Counted from the stretch's first letter, positions 38,479-48,465 are shown. The stretch is DNA of 64,000 nucleotides from an uncultured Thermoleophilia bacterium (GCA_963795175.1 CAWCGR010000003.1:491282-555281), one strand, 5' to 3'. A program made the numbers and translations. Notes: generated by a model from the sequence alone, not told the origin.

Positions 38479-40116
38479 ATGGCCCGCTTCGACGCCGTGT
38501 TCATCGGTTCGGGGATCAACTCGCTGGTCGGTGCCGCTCTTCTCGCCCGCGACGGTTGGAGCGTCTGCGTGCTCGAGCGCAACGACGTGGCGGGTGGGTG
38601 TATCCGCACGTCGAGCGACCTGACGCTGCCCGGCTTCACGCACGAGGTGCTCGCCTCGTGGCACCCGCTCTTCACCGGATCGGCAGCCTACGGGGAGCTG
38701 AAGGACGAGCTGGACCGCCGTGGCGTCACGTACGTCAACACCGACCTGCCGACGGGAACCGCGTTCCCGGACGGATCCGCTGCCTTCATCGCCGGCTCGC
38801 TGGAGGCGAACGTGGCGGAGTTCGAGCGCCTAGCCCCCGGCGACGGCGCCGCCTGGGAGCAGCAGTTCAACGAGTTCATGGCCAACGCCGACCTCTCCTT
38901 CGGGATGCTCTCGACGGAGCTCTGGTCGACGGCGGGGCTCTCGCTGGGCCGTACCGCGTTGCGGCGTCTCGGTCGACGAGGCCTGCTCGAGTTCACCGGC
39001 AAGACCCTCGTCAGCTGTCGCGACTGGGTCTCGCAGACCTTCAGCGCCGAGGCCGCACACGGCGTGCTCGCACCGTGGGTGCTCCACACGGGGCTCGGCC
39101 CCGACCAGGCGACCTCGGGCTTCATGACCCAGGTGATCGGGGCGGCGCTCCAGCTCGGTGGTATGCCGGTACCGGTCGGCGGTGGCGTCCGACTCGTGGA
39201 GGGCCTGGCGGGGATCGTCACGGACGGCGGCGGCGAGGTGCGGCTCGAGGCAGATGTCAGCCGGATCCTCGTCTCGGGGGGACGGGCGACCGGTGTCCGC
39301 CTCGCCGACGGAGACGTGATCGAGGCGGGTCGGGCAGTGGTCGCCAACGTCACGCCGACGCAGCTGTACGGCTCGCTCCTCTCCGACGCGACCGTTCCTG
39401 CCACTCTGGCGGCAGCGGCCACGCGCTTTCGCTACGGCCGCGCCGAGATGCAGATCCACCTCGCGCTCGACGAGCCACCGCGGTGGAAAGGGCCCGACGC
39501 GGAGCGGCTCGCACGATGCCCGATCGTGCACGTCACGCCGGGCCTCGATGGCGTCTCACGGGCCGTCAACGAAGCCGAGCGGGGCCTCCTTCCCGCCGAA
39601 GCGACGATCGTCTGCGGTCAGCCGGTCGCCCTCGACCCGTCCCGTGCACCGGCAGGCAAGTCCATCATCTGGATCCAGCTGCAGGAGCTGCCGGCCGGCA
39701 CGGTCAAGGGAGATGCCGCCGGCGAGCTCGACACCGGCGCCGGCGACTGGAGCGAGGAGCTTCGTGAGGCGTATGCCGACCGGATCGTGGCTCGTCTCGG
39801 CGAGTCGATCGAAAACCTCGGCCCGTCCGTCCTCGAGCGCGTCGTCGTCTCGCCGGTCGACCTCGAACGGCTCAACGTGAACCTCGTCGGCGGCGACATC
39901 TACGGCGGCTCGTGCGCGCTCGACCAGAACCTGCTCTGGCGGCCGCTGTCCGAGGCGCCCGGGCACGAAACGGCGGTCGACGGGCTCTGGCACATCGGTG
40001 CGAGCACGCATCCGGGCCCGGGCCTCGGCGCGGGGTCCGGCTACCTGGTGGCGAAGCAGCTGACGAAGCCACCTCTCACGCGGCGGCTTCTGGCGCGGCT
40101 CCCGGGCCGCTCGTGA
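38479..40116 (+). CDS. Phytoene-desaturase-like NAD(P)/FAD-dependent oxidoreductase
   Basis: IGSGINSL Rossmann motif, LER..GG, GGDIYGG, GASTHPGPG. TAGCAT lies 6 nt before the ATG. Confidence 0.88.
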   Translation: MARFDAVFIGSGINSLVGAALLARDGWSVCVLERNDVAGGCIRTSSDLTLPGFTHEVLASWHPLFTGSAAYGELKDELDRRGVTYVNTDLPTGTAFPDGSAAFIAGSLEANVAEFERLAPGDGAAWEQQFNEFMANADLSFGMLSTELWSTAGLSLGRTALRRLGRRGLLEFTGKTLVSCRDWVSQTFSAEAAHGVLAPWVLHTGLGPDQATSGFMTQVIGAALQLGGMPVPVGGGVRLVEGLAGIVTDGGGEVRLEADVSRILVSGGRATGVRLADGDVIEAGRAVVANVTPTQLYGSLLSDATVPATLAAAATRFRYGRAEMQIHLALDEPPRWKGPDAERLARCPIVHVTPGLDGVSRAVNEAERGLLPAEATIVCGQPVALDPSRAPAGKSIIWIQLQELPAGTVKGDAAGELDTGAGDWSEELREAYADRIVARLGESIENLGPSVLERVVVSPVDLERLNVNLVGGDIYGGSCALDQNLLWRPLSEAPGHETAVDGLWHIGASTHPGPGLGAGSGYLVAKQLTKPPLTRRLLARLPGRS

Positions 40117-40928
40117 TCCTCTCCCTCTCCCAGATCTCTACGGTCGGAGCCACGTTCGCCGAGGACGTCGAGGCCTACGCGGCTGCGGGCTTCGACGCGA
40201 TCGGCCTCTGGGAGTTCAAGCTGCCGGGCGACGACGAGGCGAACATCGCTCTCCTCCGTGAGCATGGGCTTCGGGTGGCCGTCTGCGTTCCGACGGTGCC
40301 GTCGGTGCTGCAGCTCGCCCGCGTGGGGATGGAAGGGCCGGCGGACGTGACCGAGCGGGTTCGGGCGATCGAGACGTCGGTAGCGCGGTTCGCCCAGTAC
40401 GAGCCGGAGTGCGTGGCCTGTCTCCCGGGGCCGCTCGGCGGCCGGGAGGTGGCGGAGGCCACGGCGCTGCTCGTCGCCGCGCTCGGAGACGTCGCGGCGG
40501 CGGCGCGCGTGGCCGGCGTGCGGGTCGGGTTCGAACCGATCCACGCCTCCCAGCGCAACGAGGTCGGCTTCGTCAACACGCTCGCCGCCACCGACTCGAT
40601 CCTGGCGCTCGTCGATGCCCCTGAGGTCGGTGTCCTGTTCGACACCTACCACCTCTGGGACGATCCCGACGTCTGGCGGTGGCTCGACGCAAATGCCGGT
40701 CGCGTCTACGGGGTGCACGTCAGCGACTGGCCGTCGTCCGGCGGCGGCGATCGGGTCCTGCCAGGCGAAGGCATCTCGCGGACGCGAGAGTTGATCGGCG
40801 CGCTCGTCGCGGGAGGTTGGGATGGGGCGCTCGATGTGGAGATCTTCTCGACGCCCGAGCTCTTCTGGGGCCTGCCGGTCGACGAGGCCGCCCGCCGGGC
40901 CCACACGGCCGCTCAGGCGCTCCGCTGA
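40113..40928 (+). CDS. Sugar phosphate isomerase/epimerase family TIM-barrel metalloenzyme
   Basis: FEPIH, FDTYH, VHVSD, R..PGEG, VEIFS. GTGA overlap with the upstream gene. Confidence 0.85.
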   Translation: MILSLSQISTVGATFAEDVEAYAAAGFDAIGLWEFKLPGDDEANIALLREHGLRVAVCVPTVPSVLQLARVGMEGPADVTERVRAIETSVARFAQYEPECVACLPGPLGGREVAEATALLVAALGDVAAAARVAGVRVGFEPIHASQRNEVGFVNTLAATDSILALVDAPEVGVLFDTYHLWDDPDVWRWLDANAGRVYGVHVSDWPSSGGGDRVLPGEGISRTRELIGALVAGGWDGALDVEIFSTPELFWGLPVDEAARRAHTAAQALR

Positions 40929-40950
40929 CGGCGCCCGGTCGGCGGTGGGA

Positions 40951-42033
40951 CTAGACGCCGCCGTGCAGGCCCAGGATGGCAGCGATGTAGCGCTTGGTGT
41001 CGTCGAACAACCCCCGGTCGCGCACGGCCTGCGGGCCCTGGTAGTAGCCGGCGAGAGCGAGGCGCTCGTCACCGCCGAACTCGTCGAGCAGCCACCTGAG
41101 GTAGCGGACGCCGGCGCGGATGTTGCCGTCGTACGTCCGCGGCGTCGTCGTGCCGAGCAGATCGCTGTCGACCCAGGCCCACGTCGTGGGTAGAAGCTGC
41201 ATCACGCCGACCGCGCCCGCCTTGGAGACGACGCCCTGCTGGAAGCCGGACTCCATCCACGCCGTCGCGCGCGCCAGGCGCGGGTCGACGCCGTACACCG
41301 CTGCCCAGTGGTCGATCGACGCACGGACGGCGGCGGCCGGAACCGTGACCGGAACCGGAGCCGCAGGCGCCGGCGCCGGTTCGGCGGCTCCCGCCGGAAG
41401 GACGAGGCGCTGTCCGGGCACGATCACATCCGCGAGCCGAAGCTGATTCGCCTTCGCCAGCCTTGCCGGCGTCGATTTGTAGCGGGCTGCGATCGCAGTC
41501 AAGTTCTCACCCACTGCCACGACGTGCGTGGCGACGCGCGGAGCGAGGGTCGCACGACCGCTGCTCGCAAGCGCGCGGTAGGTGAGCTTTCCCGCGATCC
41601 CATCTGCCCGCAGGCCGCGGGCTGTCTGGAACCGAGCCAGCGCCTTGGCCGTCTGCCGGGTGAACCGGCCGTCGACCGCTTTGCGGTCGAGCCCGAAGGG
41701 GATCAGTCTGAACTCGAGCGACGAGACGTCCCACCCGGTTGCGCCGGTAGCGAGCTCGCGTTGTCCGAGCAGCGGCTGCCCCAGCGGCCCGAGCGCCGCT
41801 CGTGTTCGCGGGCCGACACGGCCCGTGGTCGGCAATCCCGCGCGGCGCTGGAAAACGGTCAGCCCCGAGCGCGTCGCCGGTCCGTCGAGGCCGTCGACCA
41901 CGGCCGGATAGTGGCCCTGGGCGCGCAAGGCGACCTGGAGAGCGGCCACACCCGGATTGGCCGCGCCTGCCGCTGGGCCCGCCAGTGCGAGCGCAGCGAC
42001 CGTCGCGGCCGTGATCGCCAACACGCGGTGCAT
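40951..42033 (-). CDS. Secreted peptidoglycan-binding + LysM + SLT lytic transglycosylase
   Basis: Signal peptide, two PG_binding_1 units (VDG..GPAT..FQ), LysM (HVVAVGENLTAIA), catalytic MESGF and GVMQL. Confidence 0.9.
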   Translation of the reverse strand: MHRVLAITAATVAALALAGPAAGAANPGVAALQVALRAQGHYPAVVDGLDGPATRSGLTVFQRRAGLPTTGRVGPRTRAALGPLGQPLLGQRELATGATGWDVSSLEFRLIPFGLDRKAVDGRFTRQTAKALARFQTARGLRADGIAGKLTYRALASSGRATLAPRVATHVVAVGENLTAIAARYKSTPARLAKANQLRLADVIVPGQRLVLPAGAAEPAPAPAAPVPVTVPAAAVRASIDHWAAVYGVDPRLARATAWMESGFQQGVVSKAGAVGVMQLLPTTWAWVDSDLLGTTTPRTYDGNIRAGVRYLRWLLDEFGGDERLALAGYYQGPQAVRDRGLFDDTKRYIAAILGLHGGV

Positions 42034-42109
42034 ACACGTTCTGTCGGCAGGAGCAGCGCGATCCTGAAGCGCCGACGCGAACCGCATCGGTGCGCGTATT
42101 CCGCCTCGC

Positions 42110-42138
42110 TTGACAGACATTGTTGCATTCGTCATATT
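42110..42138 (+). promoter_or_regulatory. Sigma-70-type promoter TTGACA-N17-CATATT
   Basis: Perfect -35 and 17-nt spacer upstream of a small ORF with a strong RBS. Confidence 0.6.
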
Positions 42139-42192
42139 CGTTCCTCAGCTCAGCGACACGACTGTGAGCCCAGCTAAGGGAGGAGACAGATC

Positions 42193-42384
42193 GTGAAACG
42201 CTCACTGCCGCTCCTGGCAATCTCGCTCGTTGCCTTCGCCGGAGCCCAGGCGGCCCCGGCGACTCAGGCCGCTTCAGCGAGCACCAAGGCCTGCCGCTGG
42301 CAGGGCGCCAAGATCGTGCATGGCCCGGGGGAGCGCTGCATCCAGCTTCGCCGCTCGCGGTTGCTCGTGACGGTACGCCGCTAG
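42193..42384 (+). CDS. Small secreted cationic peptide with two Cys
   Basis: RBS GGGAGGAG, signal peptide ending AQA/AA, Arg/Lys-rich mature part. Confidence 0.65.
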   Translation: MKRSLPLLAISLVAFAGAQAAPATQAASASTKACRWQGAKIVHGPGERCIQLRRSRLLVTVRR

Positions 42385-42454
42385 ACGGCCGCCCGCATCC
42401 GACCGGCCTCCCGCAGGCTCCCGCTCGGCGAGAATCCGCAGCGCCGGCTTCGGG

Positions 42455-42529
<75 letters not shown>

Positions 42530-42595
42530 AGGGAGCGGCCGGAAGTGTACCGAGCGCGGCACCTGCGGCTCCGACAGGGTGCCTAGACTTCTGTG

Positions 42596-43612
42596 ATGGA
42601 CGACGCTCGCCCCGGCCACGGCACGGCATCGTGGCCGATCCGGCTCATCCGCTGGCCCCTGAAGCTCGTGCGCACGCTCGTCCGCGTGATCCCACAGGCG
42701 GTCGATGGCTACTTCGCGGACCGGTGCGGCCAGCACGCCGCCGGGATCGCCTACCGCGTCCTCTTCTCGCTCGCTCCCCTTGCGATCGTGCTCGTCGGCA
42801 TCTTCGGCCTCGTGCTGCGGAACGAGAGCCTGCGTGCCGACGTGATCGACCAGATCGTCGCGGCGCTGCCTCTGTCCGACAGCGGCAGCGCGGACGTCAC
42901 GCGCGAGATCGAGAAGCTCGCCACACCCGCGTCCGTGCTCGGACTGGTCAGCCTCGTCGTCTTCGGTTGGGCCGCCACCGGGATGATGGGCGCGCTTCGC
43001 ACAGGGCTCGAGGTTGCGATGCGCGTCGAGCGCGGCCGGCCCGTCGTGCACGGGAAGCTCGTCGACGTGATCTTGATCGTCGGCACGGCGGTTCTCGTTG
43101 CCGCGATCGTGCTCGTCAACCTCGCCATGCAGATCTTCTTCAACTCGATCAAGCGGCCGCTCGACTGGCTCGGCCCTGACGGGGGTCTGATCGAGCAGGC
43201 AATCCGCAACGGCGTTCCGCTCGTCCTCACGACAGGCGTCGTCCTCCTCCTCTACCGGTTCGTGCCGGCCCGCCGACTCAGGCTCGGCGACGCGCTCGCG
43301 GGCGCGATCGTCACCGCCCTGCTGCTCCTCGTGATCTCGCTCGTCTCCGGCGGGATCGTCGGTCGCACGAGCAGCCTCGGCAACATCTACGGCTCCCTGA
43401 CGGTGGCGCTCGTCTTCCTCTACTCCGTCTACCTGTACGCATCGGCGCTCCTGCTCGGTGCCGAGGTCGCGGCCGCGTGGTCGCGACCCACCGTCGACAC
43501 CGGCGAGACGCTCGGGCAGCAGGTCAAGCGTGTGGTCTACGGGCTGTTCGTCCACCAGGAGCCTCCCGGGCGGCCCTCCTCGAGGCCACGCGTGCCGACC
43601 GATCCGCGCTGA
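42596..43612 (+). CDS. YihY/virulence factor BrkB family membrane protein
   Basis: AAGIAYRVLFSLAP, YRFVP, IYGSL, LLGAEV. TAGACT lies 6 nt before the ATG. Confidence 0.9.
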   Translation: MDDARPGHGTASWPIRLIRWPLKLVRTLVRVIPQAVDGYFADRCGQHAAGIAYRVLFSLAPLAIVLVGIFGLVLRNESLRADVIDQIVAALPLSDSGSADVTREIEKLATPASVLGLVSLVVFGWAATGMMGALRTGLEVAMRVERGRPVVHGKLVDVILIVGTAVLVAAIVLVNLAMQIFFNSIKRPLDWLGPDGGLIEQAIRNGVPLVLTTGVVLLLYRFVPARRLRLGDALAGAIVTALLLLVISLVSGGIVGRTSSLGNIYGSLTVALVFLYSVYLYASALLLGAEVAAAWSRPTVDTGETLGQQVKRVVYGLFVHQEPPGRPSSRPRVPTDPR

Positions 43613-43631
43613 CGCCGTGGGTCCGGAGAGG

Positions 43632-45287
43632 TCAGGCGAGCTCGGTCAGGGCCTGGCGCACCTTCGCCAGGTGGGCCTGGAGCTCGGTCGCGCGCGCCAG
43701 ATCCGTCTCGCCCTGAAGATCGCGTCGAAGCTTCCGCTCCCGCAGCCGTAGGAGCATCTCGGTGCCCACGCGGCGCGAGAGCCCCTCGGTCGCGGCCGTC
43801 GCATCGAGCTCGGCGAGCAACCCGACCAGGTCGGGATCCGGAGGCTTGCGGGCGACCAGCGAGCCACGCATCCGGCGGTGCTCCTCGAGGTCGAAATGCT
43901 CCTCGCCGAGGCCGGCCAGGGCCTCGTCGAGATCGGGATGGGCGACCACGGCGGCGAGTGCTTCCCGCTCGAGCCGGACTCCTGCGTCGATCAGCTTCTT
44001 CGGCTGCGCGGTACCGGCGCCCGGTGTCGCGCCGCGCGCCGGCGCGATCCCGGAGAGGGTCTCGCGCGGAAGGTCGAGGCGGTCGGCCAGGAGGCGGAGC
44101 GCCTCCTGGCGCTCGGGGGAGTCCTCGGCCCCGGCAAGGATCTCTCGGGCCCGCACGAACGCCTCCTGGCGGTCGGCGGACCGTTCCAGCTCGAGCCGGA
44201 CGCGATAGTGGAGGTAGCTCTCGGCCCCGCCGAGGCGCTGCTCGAATGCGTCGGGCGCGTCGGCCGGGTCCTGTCCTGGTGGCAGCACCACGATCCGGAT
44301 CTCGAACCCCTGACCCTGCGCGCGTTCCATCCCCCGCAGGGTTGCGTCCTCCCCCGCGGCGTCGGCGTCGAAGCAGAGATAGAGCCTCTTCGTGAGCCTG
44401 GCGAGCTCTCGCAGATGGTGCTCGGTCAGCGCCGTGCCCATGGAGGCGACGACCGGCTCGAACCCGGCCTGCCGCAGAGCGATCACGTCGGTGTTGCCCT
44501 CGACGACGACCGCCCTCTCCTGCTTGGCTATCGCCGGCCGCGCCAGGTGAAGGCCGTAGAGGACGTTGCTCTTCTTGAACAGGTCGCTCTCGGGCGAGTT
44601 GACGTACTTCCCCTTCAGCGGATCGTCGTCGTGGAGCTTGCGGGCCTGGAAGCCGATCACCTTGCCGCGTGCATCAGCGAGCGGGAACATCAGCCGCGGG
44701 GGGAAGTAGTCGTTGCCGCGCTGATTCGTCAGACCGGCGGCCCTGAGCTCCTCGGTGGTGAATCCCTTCTCCTTCGCCTTGGCCGCGAGCCCCTGACCGG
44801 GCGAGAGCCCGAGCCGGAACTCACGTGCGACCTCCTCGCCCAGGCCGCGACTCGCGAGGTAGGCGCGGACAGGCTCCCCGGCGGGACTGTCCCATAGGTG
44901 CCGCTCGAAGAATGCGGCTGCCTGGTCGAGAACCGCATAGAGGCGCTCGCGTCGTCGGCGTGACTCGTCAGCGACCGGCGAGCTTGCCTCGTACTCGAGC
45001 GAAACGCGAAACCGCTCTGCCAGCCATTCGATCGCACCGACGAAGTCGAGCCCTTCGGTCTCGCGGACGAACGTGACGACATCACCGCCCTTGCCGCATC
45101 CGAAGCAGTGGTAGAGGTTCAGGTCGGCATTGACGGAGAAGCTCGGTGACCGCTCTTCGTGGAACGGGCACCGCCCCATGAACCGGGTGCCCGAGCTCTT
45201 TCGGAGGGACGTGCGCAGGCTCACGACGTCGACGATGTTGGCTGCAGCGACGACGTCCCGGACGCTCTGTTCCTTGATCCGCGCCAC
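43632..45287 (-). CDS. dnaG: DNA primase
   Basis: CPFHEE..CFGC zinc finger, RLMFP, KYVNSPE, VEG..DV, MGTALT, FDADAAG. Confidence 0.97.
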   Translation of the reverse strand: MARIKEQSVRDVVAAANIVDVVSLRTSLRKSSGTRFMGRCPFHEERSPSFSVNADLNLYHCFGCGKGGDVVTFVRETEGLDFVGAIEWLAERFRVSLEYEASSPVADESRRRRERLYAVLDQAAAFFERHLWDSPAGEPVRAYLASRGLGEEVAREFRLGLSPGQGLAAKAKEKGFTTEELRAAGLTNQRGNDYFPPRLMFPLADARGKVIGFQARKLHDDDPLKGKYVNSPESDLFKKSNVLYGLHLARPAIAKQERAVVVEGNTDVIALRQAGFEPVVASMGTALTEHHLRELARLTKRLYLCFDADAAGEDATLRGMERAQGQGFEIRIVVLPPGQDPADAPDAFEQRLGGAESYLHYRVRLELERSADRQEAFVRAREILAGAEDSPERQEALRLLADRLDLPRETLSGIAPARGATPGAGTAQPKKLIDAGVRLEREALAAVVAHPDLDEALAGLGEEHFDLEEHRRMRGSLVARKPPDPDLVGLLAELDATAATEGLSRRVGTEMLLRLRERKLRRDLQGETDLARATELQAHLAKVRQALTELA

Positions 45288-46261
45288 TAGCTGCCCCCGG
45301 CGTACGCAAGCGCAAACCGGTCGGTCATGCCGGAGATGTAATCGGTGATCCTTTCGGCCAACTCGCCTTCGCCCGCGGGCAGCAACGTGGGATCGGCGAC
45401 GAGGCGGGCGAAGATCGTGGAAACCGCCTCGTGAGCGCGCCGATGCTCCGGACCGACGTGCGGGCCGAGGTAGACGCGGTCGAACATGAACGCGCGAAGA
45501 GACAGCATTGCGTCGCCGATCGCGTCACTCTGACGGATGTCGCCCGCCTCTGACGAGGTCTCGACGAGATCGTGGACGAGCCTGTCGATCCGCTGGGAGC
45601 CGGTCGGCCCGAGCAGGTCGATCTCGTCGCGGGGAAGGTCGGCCTCGGAGAGGATGCCGTAACGGATCGCATCGTCGATGTCGTGATTGATGTAGGCGAC
45701 GCGATCGACTATTCGGACGATCTTGCCCTCCAGCGTCTCGGGCTCCGTCGCGCCTGTGTGCGTGAGGATGCCGTCGCAGACCTCGTGGGTGAGATTGAGC
45801 CTGCGCGCGATCCGCCACGACTGCTCGTTGTGGCGAAAGCGGCGCCCGAAGGTCGCGCTGAGGGCGTCGTCGAGTGCCTGCTCGCCGGCGTGTCCGAACG
45901 GCGTATGGCCGGTGTCGTGCCCGAGACCGATGCCCTCGACGAGGTCCTCGTTGAGGCGCAGAGCCCGCGCCACGACGCGGGAGATCGCTGTCGTCTCGAG
46001 GGTGTGGGTCATGCGGGTGCGGTAGTGGTCGCCCTCCGGGTCGATGAAAACTTGGGTCTTGCCCTTGAGCCGCCGGAACGGCTTGGAATGGACGAGCCGG
46101 TCGCGGTCGCGCTGGAACGGCGTCCGCACGCCGGACGGAGCCTCGGGCATCTCGCGGCCGCGCGTCTCGTACGAATGCACGGCCAACGGGGAGAGCCACG
46201 ACTCCTCGAGCGCACGGACGCGCTGCTCGAAGGATTCTGCCGCGATACCTGATCTCTCCAC
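45287..46261 (-). CDS. dgt: Deoxyguanosinetriphosphate triphosphohydrolase-like HD protein
   Basis: FQRDRDR, KTQVF, RTRMTH, HDTGHTPFGHAGE, DYISGMTDRFA. Confidence 0.92.
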   Translation of the reverse strand: MERSGIAAESFEQRVRALEESWLSPLAVHSYETRGREMPEAPSGVRTPFQRDRDRLVHSKPFRRLKGKTQVFIDPEGDHYRTRMTHTLETTAISRVVARALRLNEDLVEGIGLGHDTGHTPFGHAGEQALDDALSATFGRRFRHNEQSWRIARRLNLTHEVCDGILTHTGATEPETLEGKIVRIVDRVAYINHDIDDAIRYGILSEADLPRDEIDLLGPTGSQRIDRLVHDLVETSSEAGDIRQSDAIGDAMLSLRAFMFDRVYLGPHVGPEHRRAHEAVSTIFARLVADPTLLPAGEGELAERITDYISGMTDRFALAYAGGS

Positions 46262-46323
46262 GGTTCCAGCGTAGTCGCCGGCCCGGATCGTTCGAGGCGG
46301 ACGTCCGGGCTACGCTTGTCGAC

Positions 46324-47250
46324 ATGTGGATCGGCCGAGCGGTTCGCTACCCGGGCATGGTCGCCGTCGTGCTGTGCGCGCTAGCCGCAGTCGGGTGCAG
46401 CGGCGCCCGCGAGGTCGACGAGGGCGTCTTCGCGTACGACGCGACCCAGCCGCTCGGGACGAATGACCGGGGGGTCGTCTCCGAGACCTATCCGATCGCC
46501 GTGCACGACCTCTCGTACACGTCGCTACGCGACACGGTTGACGCCCTCCTCATGGTTCCCCCCGGGAAGGGCCGTCGGCCGGCGGTCGTCTACGTCCACG
46601 GCGCCGGGAGCACGCGGGAGTCGATGGCGGGCCCGGCGCTCTGGCTGGCGGCGCGCGGCGCAGTCACCCTGGCCATCACCGCGCCGTCGAGCGGCGCCGT
46701 ACCGGCGTCCGCCCCCGGCATGCTCGACCGCCTCGCGGAGCAGCGCGAGCTCGAGATCCGCGACGTGATCGCAGTTCGGCGAGCGCTCGACCTCCTGACA
46801 GCGCGCGACGACGTCGACCGCGGACGACTCGGGTTCGTCGGTTGGAGCGCCGGAGCGAGGGCGGGCGCCCTGCTTGCCGGCGTCGAGCCGCGGCTGCATT
46901 CGCTCGTCCTCGTCTCGGGGGGCTCGGCACCGGTCTCCGAGTTCGTCCAGGCTGCGCCCGAAGATCTCAAGGCCGACGTGGAGGCGACGATGTCGTCGAT
47001 CGACCCGCTGCGCCACATCGCCCGGGCCCGCCCGGGCTCGTTGCTCCTCCAGGACGGCCGGCGCGATTCGGTCATCCCGCGGCGGGCGCTGCAGGCGCTG
47101 ATCGACGCAGCTCCCGAGGAAACCGAGGTGCGCTGGTACGACGCGGAGCACGCCCTCGGACCGGTCGCCTACCGCGAGCACATGAGCTGGCTCGAGCAGG
47201 AGCTCGGCCTCGACGGGCCGCGGGTGCCGGGCGCCAGAGCCGGCCCTTGA
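46324..47250 (+). CDS. Alpha/beta hydrolase (esterase-like) lipoprotein
   Basis: Lipobox AVGC, YVHGAG, GWSAG nucleophile, DGRRD, EH. Confidence 0.8.
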   Translation: MWIGRAVRYPGMVAVVLCALAAVGCSGAREVDEGVFAYDATQPLGTNDRGVVSETYPIAVHDLSYTSLRDTVDALLMVPPGKGRRPAVVYVHGAGSTRESMAGPALWLAARGAVTLAITAPSSGAVPASAPGMLDRLAEQRELEIRDVIAVRRALDLLTARDDVDRGRLGFVGWSAGARAGALLAGVEPRLHSLVLVSGGSAPVSEFVQAAPEDLKADVEATMSSIDPLRHIARARPGSLLLQDGRRDSVIPRRALQALIDAAPEETEVRWYDAEHALGPVAYREHMSWLEQELGLDGPRVPGARAGP

Positions 47251-47254
47251 AGCG

Positions 47255-48022
47255 TCAGAACGATCGAGACTGGCCGCCGTCAACGGTGACGCACGTGCCG
47301 ACGACCCAGGAGGCGCGCGGGCAGACGAGGAAGGTTACGACGTCCGCGACCTCGTCGACGGTGCCGAACCGCCCCCACGGCAGTTCGCGCTCGATCAAGG
47401 TGGCCATGCCCTCCGGATCGTCGCGCAAGCGACGCTCCCAGCTGCCGCCTGGGAACAACGTCGACCCCGGGGCGACGCTGAAGACGCGGATCCCGTCGGC
47501 GGCGAGATCGTGCGCCATCGCCTTCGCGAGGCTGATCTCGGCCGCTTTCGCGACGTTGTAGCCCGGGCTTCCGCCTCCCTCGCGCCCCCAGATCGACCCG
47601 ATCATCGCGATCACGCCACCACCGCGGGCGCGCATCTCCGGGACTGCAGCCCGTGACACGGTCAGCGCCGGGAACAGGTTCCGGTCGAGAACGTTCTGGA
47701 GGTCGGCCGGATCGGTGTCGTCGAACGTCCTCGCCCCCGAGCCGCCAACGCTGTTGACAAGGATGTCGACCCCGCCGAACCTCTCGACGGCCGCGGCGAC
47801 CACCGTCTCTGCCCCCTCAGGTGCGGTCAGGTCGACGACGACCCCTGTAGAGCTCCCGGCCAGCCCTTCCGCGGACGCGACGGCTGCATCCAGGTCGTCC
47901 GCGCCTCGCGCGCAGAAGACGACGTTTGCCCCCTCGTCGACGAGGTGCGTTGCGATGCCACGCCCGATTCCCCGGCTCGAGCCCGTCACGATCGCGACCT
48001 TGCCTGCGAGCCCGAGATCCAT
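47255..48022 (-). CDS. SDR family oxidoreductase
   Basis: TGSSRGIG, YNVAK, VAPG, VDGG. Confidence 0.93.
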   Translation of the reverse strand: MDLGLAGKVAIVTGSSRGIGRGIATHLVDEGANVVFCARGADDLDAAVASAEGLAGSSTGVVVDLTAPEGAETVVAAAVERFGGVDILVNSVGGSGARTFDDTDPADLQNVLDRNLFPALTVSRAAVPEMRARGGGVIAMIGSIWGREGGGSPGYNVAKAAEISLAKAMAHDLAADGIRVFSVAPGSTLFPGGSWERRLRDDPEGMATLIERELPWGRFGTVDEVADVVTFLVCPRASWVVGTCVTVDGGQSRSF

Positions 48023-48081
48023 GCCACGATCCTAGAGGCTCGCGACCGGGCGGTCTCGCGGCTGCGACCTGCGACCCGCGG

Positions 48082-48465
48082 TCAGGTTCCCGGCATGCCG
48101 CCGCCCGTGTGCAGGCGGCCCGCGTGGAGCTCGTCCCAGACGACGAAGACATTGCCGGGATCGAGCTCGAGCTCACGCACGACCGCGCCCGCGACTGCCG
48201 ACAGGACACGGGCGATCGTCTCGGGCGACCGGCCCTCGAACGCGTTGATCCGGACGAGAGGTGGGTGCGTGGCTGCAGGCTGCTCCGCGGGAGCATCGTT
48301 CTCACCCTCGCGGTACGTGCCGGCGGGCAGGGTCTGCCACGTGACCCAGGTGCCCTGCGGATCCTCCTCGATCTCCCGGCTGACAGCGAGGACGATCGCG
48401 CGCGAGGCGGCATCGAGGTCGGTTCCGACCCGCTGCCGGAGCGCTGTCACCTGCACGATCGGCAC
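48082..48465 (-). CDS. Tautomerase/MIF superfamily protein
   Basis: Starts (M)PIVQV with catalytic-type Pro1; FEGRS..; TACCGT lies 6 nt before the GTG. Confidence 0.7.
   Translation of the reverse strand: MPIVQVTALRQRVGTDLDAASRAIVLAVSREIEEDPQGTWVTWQTLPAGTYREGENDAPAEQPAATHPPLVRINAFEGRSPETIARVLSAVAGAVVRELELDPGNVFVVWDELHAGRLHTGGGMPGT

Noticed and set aside
38479..40116. Carotenoid biosynthesis (crtI)
   Set aside because: No crtB or crtE nearby; the context points to a general FAD oxidoreductase.
42034..42190. c-di-AMP (ydaO) riboswitch upstream of the lytic transglycosylase
   Set aside because: Expected in this context, but the conserved aptamer motifs could not be found.
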